From: Eledone cirrhosa
Taxonomy: Eukaryota
Assembly (NCBI GenBank): GCA_964016885.1
Contig: OZ024746.1
Coordinates: forward strand, 6,510,001 to 6,574,000
Length of the DNA: 64,000 bases
Reading direction: 5' to 3'
The notes beneath the pieces were generated by a model. It was not told the origin of the DNA, did no database searches, and saw nothing but the letters and a program-made list of their open reading frames with translations. A program made the translations under genes and the position numbers. Positions 27,950 to 41,947 of this stretch are shown here, piece by piece. Position 1 is the first letter of the stretch; each line of letters begins with the position of its first letter.

Positions 27950-28375
27950 AAACATTTTGAGCGTTTTTAACGTAAAGAAACGAACAGGAGGCGCAAGGGG
28001 TAAAGAAGGGCAGATCTGACTGTACGGGAAACTAGGAGAAAGGGCTATAAATGCCATAAATTAAAGCAAAAAAAAAGGGGGGGAAAGCAAGGACTATGAG
28101 CCCACAGAAGAAAAGGAGTGGGAAGGGGATGGGATGATCGGCTATATGGCTGGGGACGGGACGGTGTTTAGACTGCGCCCCGCGAACAAAGCTGCAAAGA
28201 CATTTCCGCGGACAACAGCCATCCATCTCACGGCGGTGTTCCTTCCTCAGACAAGATGCTGACGATCCGATTTTGTGTAGAAGCTCGATGGTACGGGGTT
28301 CTAGGACGCTTAAGGTCTCGACGGCGACCGGTATGAGGAGGATGAAGCCTGATAATCCCCGGTATTGTCATTCAA
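27950..28375 (-). mobile_element. CRE-like LINE 3' end; related copy at ~22990-23260
   Basis: YRGL...IPVAVETL and VRGN terminal motif; 28170-28220 matches 23138-23190. Confidence 0.6.
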
Positions 28376-28447
28376 TTCATCAGTTATTCCGTAATGGTAG
28401 TTAAGTATGAATTATTGCAAATATCATCCCTTGTATATATATATTTT

Positions 28448-28633
28448 TTTGTTTCTACTTTTGGCACAAGGCCAGCAATCACCCAGTACATTACTGGTAC
28501 TTTATTTTATCGACCTTTCGATGAAAGGCAAAGTTAACCTCGGCGCGATTTGAACTCAGAATGGCAAGGGCCGTAACTCTATGCGTCAAAGCATGGCGTC
28601 CGGCCCCCTACCGATACTGCCACTCCACCACCC
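28448..28633 (-). mobile_element. SINE family 1 copy
   Basis: Same consensus. Confidence 0.85.
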
Positions 28634-28734
28634 TTGTATATATTAACATGTAGAATGGAACAGAGGTGAGGATCGTCCATAGCAGGTTAGAAAGTAATAG
28701 GAATATTTAGATGTTATAAGGAAATAGTAAGCCT

Positions 28735-28945
28735 CTTCCCCCTTCTCATCATCATCATCATCATTATCCTCTTCCTCATCCTCCTCATCTTCCCCATCCT
28801 CTCCTCTCATCCCCTTCATCCTCCTCATCATCCTCCACTTCCTCATCTTCCTCATCCTCCCCTCCCCCCTCCTCCTCCTCCTCATCATCCTCCTCATCAT
28901 CCTCTTCTTGATCTTCCTCATCCTCCCCCTCGTCCTCATCCTCCA
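28735..28945. repeat. (TCC/TCA)n low-complexity tract
   Basis: Seen directly. Confidence 0.9.
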
Positions 28946-29432
28946 TTGTTGTGTCTTGTCTTGTCTTGTCAATATATAAAGAGACATCCCTGTAAATACC
29001 ACTTAACTCCTGTGTTTTATTCAAACTATGTTGGACTCAGCTGTTGTCTCTTTTACAATACATTTTATATTTTATCTCGTCTTTTTTACGATTGGCGATT
29101 ATCTTGTCTTCGCTTTTCTTGCCTCCAGTTTCAACAGATATACATATATATATATACATATATATATACATATATATACATATATATATATACATATATA
29201 TATATATACATATATATACATATATATATATATACATATATGTATATACATATATATACATATATATATATACATATATATACATATATATACATATATA
29301 TACACATATATATATATACATATATATATATATACATATATATACATATATATATATATACATGTATGTAAAATCTATCACCTGAAAGAAGCTCGCACGC
29401 ACACACACATACACGCTGACTAGACACACACT

Positions 29433-29476
<44 letters not shown>

Positions 29477-29703
29477 CATATATATCGTTTCTGAATTTGT
29501 GAATTTGTTTAGCAAGATTCTTTATCTGAAATCGTGTGTTGAAACCGATATTGTTATACTTTGGGAGGGTCGTGGAACCAACCAACCAACCAGAAATTTA
29601 TAAATTTATAAATTTATAAATATATAATAAATTGAAGTGAAAGCAACTGGTGCGTGTGTTTCTTATTGGCAACATGACCCTCCCAAAGTATAACAATATA
29701 TAT

Positions 29704-29789
<86 letters not shown>

Positions 29790-30161
29790 TCTTAGAGAAT
29801 GTAGAAATATAGCGGTAAATACTGTCGATTGTTATAAATATTAGCTTAGAAAATCGGGAATATTTTCGATAGAAAGAATCGAGCTTCGTACTATGAAATT
29901 CTCTGAAAATGCCTTCCATCTAAATAGAAGTTACATATATATGAATATACCTTTTCAGAAATTATATATATATATTAAATATACAGTATATTGACAAATA
30001 TACTATACATACATTCATGTATACATCGCTATTTCAGAGCATCAATACTAATACCTAATTTATGCTGGACCAGCAATCGCTCTGTATAATTAGCACCTGA
30101 TTATTACTGGAATTCTATAAGAATCCAGCTTCTAGAATTCTCGGCAAAGGCAGCTGAGTGT

Positions 30162-30211
30162 GTGGTCTTGATAAACCCTCACAAGCGAGAAACAAACTGT
30201 CTGTCGATCAC
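30162..30211 (+). ncRNA. Probable HHR, U3-A8 variant, decayed stem II
   Basis: GTGGTC-TTGATAA-...-GAAA-CA..TG-TC-GATCAC; stem I extends outward. Confidence 0.55.
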
Positions 30212-30392
30212 TCTCAGTTATTATTTGCCGAGATTAAGTAAGTGACATAGTCACTACTTTAAAGCTCAAAGCGAATGGTCTTCTAAATGTTTTTAATTAA
30301 ACAAACAGTATATTGCCAAATATACTATACATACATTCATATGTGTGTGTGGGTGTGTGTGTGAGTGTATGTGTGTGTGTGTGTGTGTGTGC

Positions 30393-30426
<34 letters not shown>

Positions 30427-30654
30427 GTGTGTGTGTGTGTGTTACGAAAAAAACAGCTCAACATACTTTATTCATCATGATGTATAACGCGTGTTTCGAA
30501 AATGATCAGCTCGGAGCTTTATTTAATCGTTTACAATAAGTTTCACTCTAGGATGCATTTGATCGTCAGACGCAATGGAATTTGCAATCAGAATGTATAC
30601 ACCTCTGTTTCTGTAAAATCATTGAGCGGTGTAGAAATTAGTATTATCACGTGG

Positions 30655-30734
<80 letters not shown>

Positions 30735-30801
30735 TAAATTATTTCCATAGAATCATTTGATAAAATATATACACTATTTCCTCTCCCAATTAGCATAATA
30801 T

Positions 30802-32890
30802 ATGTATATATATAGAGAGATTTTGAGGATCTTCAACAGACACACTGTGAAGCTCTCGTATTCCACCACGAGAAATCTGGCCCAACACATAACTAGCATC
30901 AACAGGAGTAAGCTTAAAAACCACACACAACCAGAAGATGGCAATACAAACGCTCAGCAGAACCATGTGAAAGGAGGGAAGGGGATACCCAGAGCCCACC
31001 CAAGAAACCCAAACAGACCCGGGGACCCCCCACCGAGCCTGGGGGAAGACCAACATGTAACACATAACGGGAACCCTAATCTAGGCACGCAGAGGCCGAC
31101 CACCCTCTGCAACTGCAGAAACCCCAAATCATGCCCCCTTGGTAATGAATGCCTCAAGAAGAACCTAGTATACGGTTGTATGGTTAAAACCCCCAACTCC
31201 GAACACCTCTACATAGGAGCCACATCAACGAGCTTTAAAGACCGCTGGTACAACCATCGCCATTCATTCAATAAGGTGGCCAAAAGGAGAAGCACGGCTC
31301 TCTCCGACCTGATCTGGAAGCTTAAGCTGGACAAGGCCCCGTACTCTCTGGCCTGGTACATAATCAGGAAAGTACCACCCGATAAAGGGGGATCTTGCAT
31401 ATGCAGACTATGTCTGAACGAGACCCTCGAGATACTAAGAGGTGGAAGCGGCCTGATAAACCTCAGAACCGACTTCTTCGGGACATGCAGACACCTTAGA
31501 GCCGGGACCTTCCTCAAGATATATGGACAGTAGCAACACAAGAAGATGTGAACTCCCCTCAAGCTATAGGGACTTCTACAGAACATGTAAACACCTCTCA
31601 GCCAGACCTCCCTCAAGCTATATGGGCAGTAACAACAACCTAGGTTGTGAACTCCCCTCAAGCCATAGGGAACATCCCAGGCTGAGCAGACACCATGATA
31701 GCCTAGAGATTGAATCGGACACAACCATTATAATTTGGCCAACATCTATATAACACAAACACTTTTTAATTTACTTGATTTCTGATTTTCAAGTTCCAAT
31801 TTTAAATCTTGATTTCTCTTTATTAATTTGTTATTTGTTATCTGCCCTCTTCACTGTATCACCTTATATTTATTTTTAAGTTGAGATTGATTATAACACA
31901 AACACATTTTGTTTGATTATCTTATTTTAACATCTTGTTCCTCATACCAATCTATCCAACATATTTCTGACCTTGAGATTGGTTATAGCACACACACACT
32001 TTATCCTACATTATTTTTCACTTCTCCATATTCATTTTCATTACTTTTCACCAATTTTTCATTTATTCTTTATTCTTTATTCTTTATTCTTTATTCTTTA
32101 TTCTTTATTCTTTATTCTTTATTCTCTATTTATTTATTTTCAAATTATACAAATTATATTAATTAATTTATTATATTATTTATTTTCTGTTTTCTTCATT
32201 TATTGCCTTATATTTCTTTATATACATGGAAGAACCTCCCCCCCCCCCCCCCCCCCCACCACCACCACCACCACTATGAGAGATGGTGGCAGGAGGGATG
32301 AAGAAAAAACACACACTGGATACTTCTAAATTGTCAGCAGCAGCAAGACATAAGCTGACCACAACACCAACAACACTACCAAAATAATGGTAGAGGTCAA
32401 ATGTACTTAACAATAGCAAACAAACACTACAGGGAGCCTTACCCCAGAAAGAATTCTATAGACTTCTGACTGAGGAATGCTCTCAGAACTGACCAATGGG
32501 AAGTTTGACACTTTTTTTGTTATTTTGTTCCTTTAACACCTTGTCCCTTCTACCACTTTATCAATTCTTTAAGCTAACTCCAACAATAACAACACTTAGA
32601 ATGAGGAATGTTCTAACAACTGACCAATGAGATGAGAAGAGGCCCTTTGACACTGAAATTCGTTTGTTTGAATTCATATGATTCTAGTTCCTCAGTGAAA
32701 TAACAACCCAACCAGGAACTGGGCATATCAGAGTATTGACAAAATTATACACCTCAACAACATATGTACTTGTCTATACCACACTAATTCAAACTGCCTG
32801 AAGAGGTCACAGCCAAAGATGGCTGTCACTGAAATATATATAGCAGTAATAAACGAAGCTAAATTTTAAAGATTTGACTTTTTATTTAAC
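30802..32890 (+). mobile_element. Penelope-like 3' fragment: open GIY-YIG ORF (30802-31533), long tail, terminal HHR
   Basis: IFNRHTVKLSYS, CNCRNPKSCPL, NLVYGC...YIGAT..FKDRWYNH, CRLCLNE, C.H; HHR 32793-32847; (TA)n on both sides. Confidence 0.9.
32793..32847 (+). ncRNA. Type-I HHR at the 3' end of a Penelope element
   Basis: ACTGC-CTGAAGA-GGTCACAGCCA AAGA TGGCTGTCACT-GAAA-TATATA-TA-GCAGT-AATAAA. Confidence 0.85.
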
Positions 32891-32897
32891 TTTATTT

Positions 32898-32993
<96 letters not shown>

Positions 32994-33240
32994 GAGAGAG
33001 AGATAGGGAGAGAGAGAGAGAAGAAGAAGAAGAAGAAGAAGAAGAAGAAGAAGAAGAAGAAGAAGAAGAAGAAGAAGAAGAAGAAGAAGAAGAAGAAGAA
33101 GAAGAAGAAGAAGAAGAAGAAGAAGAAGAAGAAGAAGAAGAAGAAGAAGAAGAAGAAAGAAGAAGAAGAGAAGAAGAAGAAGAAGAAGAAGAAGAAGAAG
33201 AAGAAGAAGAAGAAGAAGAAGAAGAAGAAGAAGAAGAGAG
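32898..33240. repeat. Compound (TA)n(GA)n(GAA)n microsatellite
   Basis: Seen directly. Confidence 0.95.
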
Positions 33241-33779
33241 TAAGTTATTTTCAAATACGAAAACAGATAAAGGTAGGTGAAGTATTTGGTCTTATTTTCA
33301 ATGTTATATATATAAACGATAAATTAACGGAGCCATAGACTCTCATTATTCCCTGTCAATAATGTGCTCCTTATTGTGTGTCTACCCTGCCTTCCATAGA
33401 TTATAGATTCCATACACTAGTGGGTTTTCCTGTTTTATTGATGGCACACTATCTCTCTCTCTAGTGTGTTACCCTTTCAACATATTGTATTTTAAAGAGC
33501 TCAGGATTCCTTTTCCTTTGAGCACATTATTGACAGGGAATAACGAGTCTATGGTTCCGTTAATTTATCGTGATATTTCGCTCCTTATAACAGTCTTTCC
33601 TGTCTCTCTGTTTGGTTGAGCACATCTCTTTGAGTGGTCTTTGGGCTGCCCTTTCTAGCAGCTCGTCCCTCAGATACCACTGGTTCACTGTCCTACGCAC
33701 GCTGTCACTTCTCTCTGCCGCGTGTTGCTGGACGGTTGTCTTAGATTCCCTTAGAGTTGTCTGGAATATATAGTCTTAC

Positions 33780-33858
33780 ATGCGCTGATGACCCATAGAC
33801 GATTCTATTTCAGTCAACAACTTCCTGGCGAAACAGATCTATTTGGATTTGTACGTGT
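33780..33858 (+). ncRNA. Type-I HHR with expanded stem II, related to 15122-15203
   Basis: ATGCG-CTGATGA-CCCA...TGGC-GAAA-CAGAT..ATTTG-TA-CGTGT. Confidence 0.62.
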
Positions 33859-34794
33859 GTGTTATATAGTTATAGAGGTGCGTATACGCATTTTAATTTA
33901 TATTTTTAATTATTGTGTGTCTACCCTGCCTTCCATAGATTATAGATTCCATACACTGGTGGTTTTCCCTGTTTTATTGATGACACACTATGTCCCTCTC
34001 TAGTGTGTTACCTTTTCAACATATTGTATATATATATATATATATATATATAAGAGGGTGTTATATATATATATATAGGTTAGATTTAAATATTTCTTTG
34101 GAGAATTGAAGAATTGTTATTGATTAACATAAATTTCTGCTGATCACAAAAGTTTAAGAACATATAATTTGCAACAATTATATATATATTATATATATAT
34201 TTATTAAAATAACAGATTAAAGTTTAAGCAAAGAATCGCTGCTGTCACCCTTAACGGGAACTTCTGAAACTAACAGAGTCAATCTGTGAACGCAGAAGTG
34301 AATATTTCAAAAAACGTTGCAACCGGAGGAAGACAGAAAGACGATACTTTGGTTCGTGGAAACGTTCCCTGGCAAAGAACGGGAAAAAACGAATATAATA
34401 CGTCATTAATAGGAGCGGTGAAAAACAATTACGCGCAAAGACAAAACCACGTTTATGGTATAAAAGAAGTCGTAGACTAATGTTCTCTTAGGTGGTTCAT
34501 AGAGACGTTCTCTGGCAATGAACGGAAAAAAACGAAGATAATACGTCATATGTGGAGCGTAGAGAACAATTGCACGCAAAGACAAAACCACGTAAATGGT
34601 ATAACTGAAGTCGTAGACTAAAATTCTAACTAGGAAACCGAATGAATCTCCGCTTCAAAGTTAAGAATAAAGTAAATAAAATACAGAGGTAATTGAAATT
34701 AAATAAATACATACACGCATCCAAATACGTACATACACAAGCATACATGAAAACACTCGCCATAGGTATACAAATACACGCACATATATACAGA

Positions 34795-34910
34795 CATGCT
34801 GTCTATTGACATCCTACCAGACTTATCCGTGGGTAGACATACTACCTCACCATCCCTTGTGCGCTGCTTGAGGCTAACCAAGCCTTCTACAGGTTTTCTG
34901 ATACATGACA
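34795..34910 (-). mobile_element. Short Penelope-like RT N-terminal fragment
   Basis: GLVSLKQRTRDGEVVCLPTDKSGR matches the DKG-type motif preceding PLE RT. Confidence 0.6.
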
Positions 34911-37900
34911 TACCTTGAGATGTTAAATGGTTAAGATTTAATCAAGGTAGTGATTAACCTATGAGAAAACTAAACATTTATACCCTAATAATAAGAAAAT
35001 GCGAAAACGTAATAAATTCAATAGAGAATGTGTGAGTAAGAAAAACGTTGCTTTAATGTAACAGTTATAGAGATTTTAAAATGTGGGATACTACAAATTA
35101 TGATTATCGAGTATTGGACTCGCTCAGATAGAAATAGAAACTTCGATATTACTATGGGGACATCTGATTCTGCGCAAATCACAGATCTTCTCGGAATTGT
35201 CATATTAAATACGATAAATAGAAAACTGCCGGAAATTACCGGTGGTTTATATAGGGACGACATTTTATTTACGGTGGTCAAACACAACAATATTGAACTA
35301 AATAGAGTAAAGAAAACTATAATAGAATTCTTTAAAATGTATGACTTTAAGTTAGAAGTAGAAAATGGTACCAAAATAGTTAATTTCCTAGACGTTACGT
35401 TTAACTTAAACTCTGGCTTTTATTACCCTTTTCATAAGCCCAATGAAAACTTAAACTATGTTAGTTACTACTCCAATCACCCTAAATCTGTAAAGAAAGC
35501 TATAGTAAATAGTGTCCAAAAACGCATTAATAGAATATCAGCCAATAAAGCAATATTTGATGATAATGCAACATACTACAATGATGCATTAAAAAGAGCA
35601 GGATATGAGAATAATATAGAATATGTAGATAATAATAATGCAAGTTTTAATCCTGATAAAAATAATGGCATATATAAACGAAACTCTAATAATTATAATT
35701 CAAACACCCATACGCCAAACAAATTGAGGAAAAGAACTAGAACTAAATCAGTCATATGGTTTGCCCCTCCTGCTTCGGTAGCAGGTAGAACACCAATTGC
35801 AAAATTATTCTTTAATGCTTTGGACACCTCTTTCCCTACTCAACATAAATACCATTCCATTTTTAATAGACACACCATTAAATTGTCTTATTCTACAACT
35901 ATGAATATGGCCCAAAACATGGCTAAATTAAACACTAAAATTCTAAAGCAGAATCAGCATAATGATCTTAATAATAGCGTTAACATAAATGATAATAAAC
36001 CAAAATGTAATTGTAGAAATAAAATTGATTGCCCTCTGCAAAATAATTGTTTAGATAGTAATTTGGTGTATAAATGCACCGTAAAAACTGATTACAACAC
36101 ATACAACTACATAGGATCGACTTCTTCTACATTTAAAGCCAGATTTGCGAACCAGAAATGCTCATCCACTTCTTTATCACAGCTTATATGGTAATTAAAA
36201 GAGAAGAATGTAAAATACTCCATTTTTTGGACGAAACTTCGAAACGAAACTTCGAAATAGTGGAGTTTACCGCAACTCAAGTATATCAAGTAACTGCGCG
36301 CTTTGTACAATGGAGACCCTGTTGATTATTAATAATTAGGAGACCTTAATTAACAAAAAAAGTGAATTATTCTCTAATTGCCTTCATAAAGCTTTGTCTA
36401 CATTCCAAGCCTCCCATAAGACCAGGAAAAAACACTAAGCAACTAAACTTGGTTTTTAGACGTACATAATCAACAGTTGAAAACCTTAATGGCCTTTAAT
36501 ATTGCTTTATCTTATAACTATCTATAGAAGAAATAACGTTTGAATGAATGACACTTGTTTAATAACATGCTGACACGTCGATATACATAACATAATATTA
36601 TTAACTTTGATCCATACCATTATTTCTCTATCTTTATTTTTCTATCTATGTTTTAAATATAGTTCAAATATCCAACCTGTAAATTTTTACGGACCTTATT
36701 TTGAACTGTGAATCATTCAGGCGTTTACACTCCTTTATTTATATATATGTGTGTAGTTAACTTTTGCATGTTTTTAAGTATACCTATCTTTATTTTTCTA
36801 TCTATGTTTTAAATATAGTTCAAAAATACAACCTGTAAATTTTTACGGACCTTATTTTGAACTGTGAATCATTCATGCGTTTACACTCTTTTATATATAT
36901 GTATGTATTTAACTTTTGCATGTTTGAATCTATTATATAAGATTATAATCGTTATCATTTACCAAAAGTATACTGTCTCATTAATACTTAGTATATCTCT
37001 CTATACCTAATTTTTTGCAAATATGTGTATATTGTATAATAACATAATCATATTATTAGTTACGTATATCTCTGCATTTGGTTTTTTGCATCTATATTTA
37101 TAATGTATAATAACTGAATCATAATTACCGTTTCGGTTTAACGCTATATATAGTTTGTGCAAATATAGATATATTGTACAATAACATATTCATTATTTAG
37201 AGTTAATTCCTCCCATGAAGGTAGAATTAATATAGTGATTTAAAATAATATTAAAAAAATTAATTTATTATGATAAATGCGCACACATATATATATATAT
37301 GGCTGAAAAATCTGCGTTAATCATTATACTTTAGAAAATGTATCTACTTGACAATAAATTGTTCGATATTTCTAACAATAAGTACTTCATAAATTTTACA
37401 TACCGAAAATGTTGACACTGTTATAGGTAATTTTTGTTAAAGATTACATTTAAGGGAATATTCAACAGTGTATATTTTTCTTTCGTGTGCCTAGTAAATC
37501 CTTTAATTTTGTTTTCATAAAATTCAGAATTTTAGAAATGTAACACATTTAAAAAATTTAGAAAATTTATAAAATTAATAAATATAAATAACCATCACCT
37601 TTTAAAAACTTAAAATTTTGACTCTTCACCCTAAAATAACATAAATTAAATATTTTGAAACTTAACCGCTTAGTCCTTAAGGGGAAAAAAAATTTCTGCA
37701 TAACTTACTCCCCTTTATCTCTCCCTCTCTTTAATCATCTATCAGTTGCCTTCATAAACTGTAATAAAATTATAATTCCAGAGACGTTTTCCTCGATAAT
37801 CATAATTTGTAGTATCCCACATTTTAAAATCTCTATAACTGTTACATTAAAGCAACGTTTTTCTTACTCATACCTTCTCTATTGAATTTATTACGTTTTC

Positions 37901-37975
37901 GCATTTTCTCATTATTAGGGTATAAACGTTGAGGTTTCTTCATTAAATCTTAACCATTTAACATCTCAAGGTATC
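34910..37975 (+). mobile_element. Penelope-like element (RT C-half, thumb, GIY-YIG) bounded by ~200-bp inverted repeats
   Basis: ORF 35100-36194: MGTSDSA, GLYRDD, NFLDV, SNHP, IWFAPP, CNCR..CPL, VY...YIG; premature stop at 36192-36194; inverted repeats 34910-35109 / 37793-37974. Confidence 0.9.
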
Positions 37976-38689
37976 CAAAAGAACAAACCACGAGATGGTC
38001 ACAGCTTGACCGTCTCTTTGATAGGCTGCTCAATGAGGACTGATCTGGGGATAAAAGTCAACAACAACAATATTGTGAAGGAGTCTTTAGTATGCCTTCT
38101 ACATCCATTTAGAACACATTTACTTAAAACAATAGTAATTATTATGTAAAAGACAGGAATTGACATTAAGGCTTTCCATAGTTCTTGTCTTCATACCTTT
38201 AAAGTTTTTATTTCCTTAAAAATCGTAAATAAATAAAAAAACAAAATGAAGGGGAAAACATTTTATTTAGATTCCATAGTTTGTGAAAGCTGCATCTATT
38301 TTATAAAACGCGTTGCATGTTGAAACGTAAAGCAAAATATAGTTGTTACTTTTGTTTATTTCTTGCTTTGATTATTTTAAGAAAATTCCTTAAAGGAGTA
38401 AACCGCTATGAAATTAAGAAATAAAACTGTTCCAAAATGAACTTGAATCATGTTTGAAATTGCCAAAACTTCAAATTCATGTTGATCATATTGAATCTGG
38501 CCACCTGGAAAATATTGGAAGAAATGAATTTGTCAAAATTTGATTTTGATAAAATGTGAAATTGAATATTTTAGTTAAATCGAAAATTATTTTCACATTA
38601 CCGTATGAAAGTCGGAATAAAGGTTTCACTATTATTATAGAAAATGTGAATATAAGTTAAATAATAAAATAATTGTACCCCTAGCTTTA

Positions 38690-39000
38690 AGGGGCTGGCA
38701 AAACGTAAGAAAGAATGACCATCTTCCGGTTCTGCGGAGGTAAATTCCTCATCTGGAATGCCAAATTTAGCGACAGCGGCAACTTGGTACTGTCAGCGAT
38801 TAATCCAGGCTCTGTTGCACTTCGGGCCGAGGAGGGTAAACTCTCCAAATATCGGTCGCTCTCCGACAGGTTTGCGGTCGATCCCGTAGTTGTGGAGACT
38901 TCTGGTGCTCTTGGCCCTAAGACCACATCGCTACTCACCACCATCAGCACGGAGTTGGTTACCCGCAGGTGTGATCCAGCGCGTGGGCCCCCATTTGTTT
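38690..39000 (+). mobile_element. CRE-like LINE REL-endonuclease fragment
   Basis: GKFLIW...AEEGKLSKYRSL...PVVVETSGALG. Confidence 0.7.
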
Positions 39001-39634
39001 ATAATAGTGAGAGATGGGGAGAGCGAGAGAGACGAGGCAGCATTGCTGAAGTATTTTGTAGAGTTAAAAGTTAAGTATAGTATTTGGTTATTTATTTGGT
39101 AAAACGTAAATTAAAATTTCGTCCAATTAAATTTTGCGATCAAACTTTGCCCGGTTAGATGTGATCTAATTAGAAGAACCGGATCGATAACTTTAATAGT
39201 GCCCGTCGAAATTTCATAATGATTTTGAAAACTATATTTTTGGGTGTTTATAGACAAGGATGAAATAAATGATTTCTTTTTAAATTGTTTTTTTTCTGAA
39301 CCGGCAGAAATACTACCGTAACACTGTTTGTCCAATGCTACAATAAACTTTAAGATTATCATACTATGACTTCATAAGTCAACGGCGAATACTCTTCTAG
39401 AAATATCTTATAAATCACCCTATTGTTACTACCCTTAAAATAGAAAACCATATTGAATAATGAATTTCTATAATCTCTGTGTAAAAAAATATACATAACG
39501 GCTGCAATATCAATTAACAAATATATTCTTTTATCAATTAACAAATATATTGTTAATAAACTAATGAAATCCAATTTCATTCACACTTTCCTAAATCATG
39601 TATTTGATGTTAAAAACGGTGTCAAGCAGCAAGT

Positions 39635-39727
39635 CCCGTGATAGCTCAGTTGGTAAAGCGGCGGACTGTAGTCAGTTATACTTTGTTTGTTAGCCTTAGG
39701 TCGTTGGTTCGAATCCGTGTCGCTAGA
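39635..39727 (+). tRNA. Intron-containing tRNA-Tyr(GTA), probable pseudogene
   Basis: A box tagctcagttggtaaagcg, anticodon loop ctGTAg, ~20-nt intron, B box ggttcgaatcc; mismatches in the acceptor, anticodon and T stems. Confidence 0.75.
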
Positions 39728-40585
39728 TTATTAAAACTAGATAGATAGATGGAGACATAGATAGAGACACACACAAAGAAGAAGAGCTAAACATACAGAA
39801 GGAGTGAGTAAAGATAACTTAAACAGATGAGATATTAAACATCTCGATAATTGACAACTAAAGATATTCAAATGATACTAATAATTTAGGTATCTATGCT
39901 GAATCTCAATGGTTGTCTAATTCTGTAACTAAAAGCATTTTGACAAAATGTCAGAAACTACTAAAATATCTAACTCTTCCGACCGTATATTTTATCGTAA
40001 CCTTTAGAGGTTTAATTAAGTTAAATGTTGCCTATTATCAAATATGTGGAATTAAGAATCAAAATCCTAAACCACTGGAGGCTGTCTTTGTTATATCTAA
40101 AGCTTATGGACGACCTATAATACAATGAAAATTTAATTTAACTTTTTATTGGTATAGTAAAGTACAACACCTGTCAAATTATGTAATTATAGCTGACATT
40201 TTCATTACTTAGTTTAGGTGAAAATAAGTGAATGTTAACATATTTTTCTGATATCACAGAATGCATATTATTCATTCACTTAAAATAAAACCTCAAAATA
40301 TTATACATTTGTTGTAAAGAAAAAAATCTGTTAAACGAAATAAACCTGGTGGTGTCGTTGTATCGGCCAGGTTACTTTGGGAGAGGATTGTGAGGCCATG
40401 TGTATTCAGATCTGAAGCGGATTGGTCTCAGCCAGGTTTTAAACTGCCCAAGAAACACCGTATGTCGATACAATACCCCTTCGACTCCCCCAAGAATTAG
40501 GGAACTATGCATGCATTTATGCAATTTAGTTTTCTTACTCAAGAATATTTTTTTAGCTTAAATGTTATTCTTATTTTATACTTAC

Positions 40586-40760
40586 CAAGTGTGAAGTAAC
40601 TTAATTCACTAAGTTTCCCATCTCCAGCTCCAGTGAATCCACACACACGAAGTTTATATAAAGCGTTCTTCTTCAGGTTTGGAATGATCCCCGAGCTGAC
40701 AACACCGACCTGAACACATTTACTGTAATCCATTTGGTCCGTGACCCTCCAAAAGCATAT
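40586..40760 (-). CDS. Contactin-like FN3 protein, exon E (ICFWRVTDQMDY...NALYKLRVCGFTGAGDGKLSELSYFTL)
   Basis: Acceptor tcctttccag, donor gtaagt; 175 nt, phase 0 to 1; resembles the end of the last FN3 repeat of invertebrate contactins (recalled, not searched). Confidence 0.88.
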
Positions 40761-40918
40761 CTGGAAAGGATGTAAGGAAAGTTTTAACCTAACTGATAAT
40801 GGATTTCTTTGTCATTTTGAAATATTCTGTAGTCACGCCTCAGTAAGTTATGAATGGAATGATAAATATACAAATTTCATTTACAATTTGAACGGAAACT
40901 GTATATTGAAATAATAAT

Positions 40919-41085
40919 AATTGTTTCTACTGTTGGCACAAGGCGAGCAATTATCCCAGTGTATTACTGGTACTTTATTTTATCGACCCCGTAAGGATGA
41001 AAGGCAAAATTAACCTCGGAGGGATTTGAATTCAGACCATAAATGGACGTAACTATGCTGAAAAGCATGGCGTCCGACCCTCTAA
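40919..41085 (-). mobile_element. SINE family 1 copy, intronic
   Basis: Same consensus, head truncated. Confidence 0.8.
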
Positions 41086-41762
41086 TGATTATAACTGGGA
41101 TTCTATTGAAATCTGAACACAAAAGCATAGTGATGTAACCAAAACTTTAAAACATGTATTCCGTGATACTAATGACTATAACAACTTACCACAATATCAC
41201 TTATAAAACTGATTGTCGACACTGTACAGTCACAAATTTATGTGGATTCAATCGATACCACTACATATCGGGTATGTGTGTTATTGAGCTGAGATATAGA
41301 GATCTTGGCAGGAGTTGAAAGGGAGATAACAATGAATCGCATTTGACTTTAGCTTAAGCTGTAACGATTCTGTCATCTATCGCATTGCCGGTCACAAGAA
41401 CATTATTTCTAATATAGCATTAATATTTGGAGAGAAGAATGACTGGTATCTATCTAAGAAAATGAAAGGTAAATTCGAATTTGACCTTATTTAAACCGAC
41501 AACGTAAAAGGATGAACCTAAACAATGATTTATCAATTCAGCCATTTACTGCCTTGCAAGATATGTTATAATAATATAATAGGCTTCTTCATAACGAAAG
41601 ATAGCCGCTTTGTAAAAACCAAAGTGAGTATAAAAAGCTCTGATTGTCGTTATTCTACAGCCAAGCAAAATAGCGAAACATAAGTTTTGAAACTTTGACC
41701 AGTGAGGATCGTTTCAGAAATGTTCCCTCTTATAAAATGTTTATCTGCCTTCATTATTTCAG

Positions 41763-41947
41763 TGGTGGATTGGCAGTATCGGTAGAGAGTCGGACGCCAT
41801 GCTTTCCAGCATAGTTACGTCCCTTTACAGTCTGACTTCAAATCCCGCCGAGGTTAACTTTGCCTTTCATCCTTATGGGGTCGATAAAATAAAGTACCAG
41901 TAATATACTGGGTAATTGCTGGCCTTGTACCAAAAGTAGAAACAATT
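41763..41947 (+). mobile_element. SINE family 1 copy, intronic
   Basis: Same consensus; TSD attatttca. Confidence 0.85.

Noticed and set aside
38085-38200. Hydrophobic minus-strand peptide ALMSIPVFYIIITIVL as a GPI tail
   Set aside because: In-frame stop just upstream and no convincing acceptor.
40290-40410. Candidate last exon DLNTHGLTILSQSNLADTTTPP...
   Set aside because: Weak acceptor and no clear hydrophobic GPI signal; cannot be supported without transcripts.
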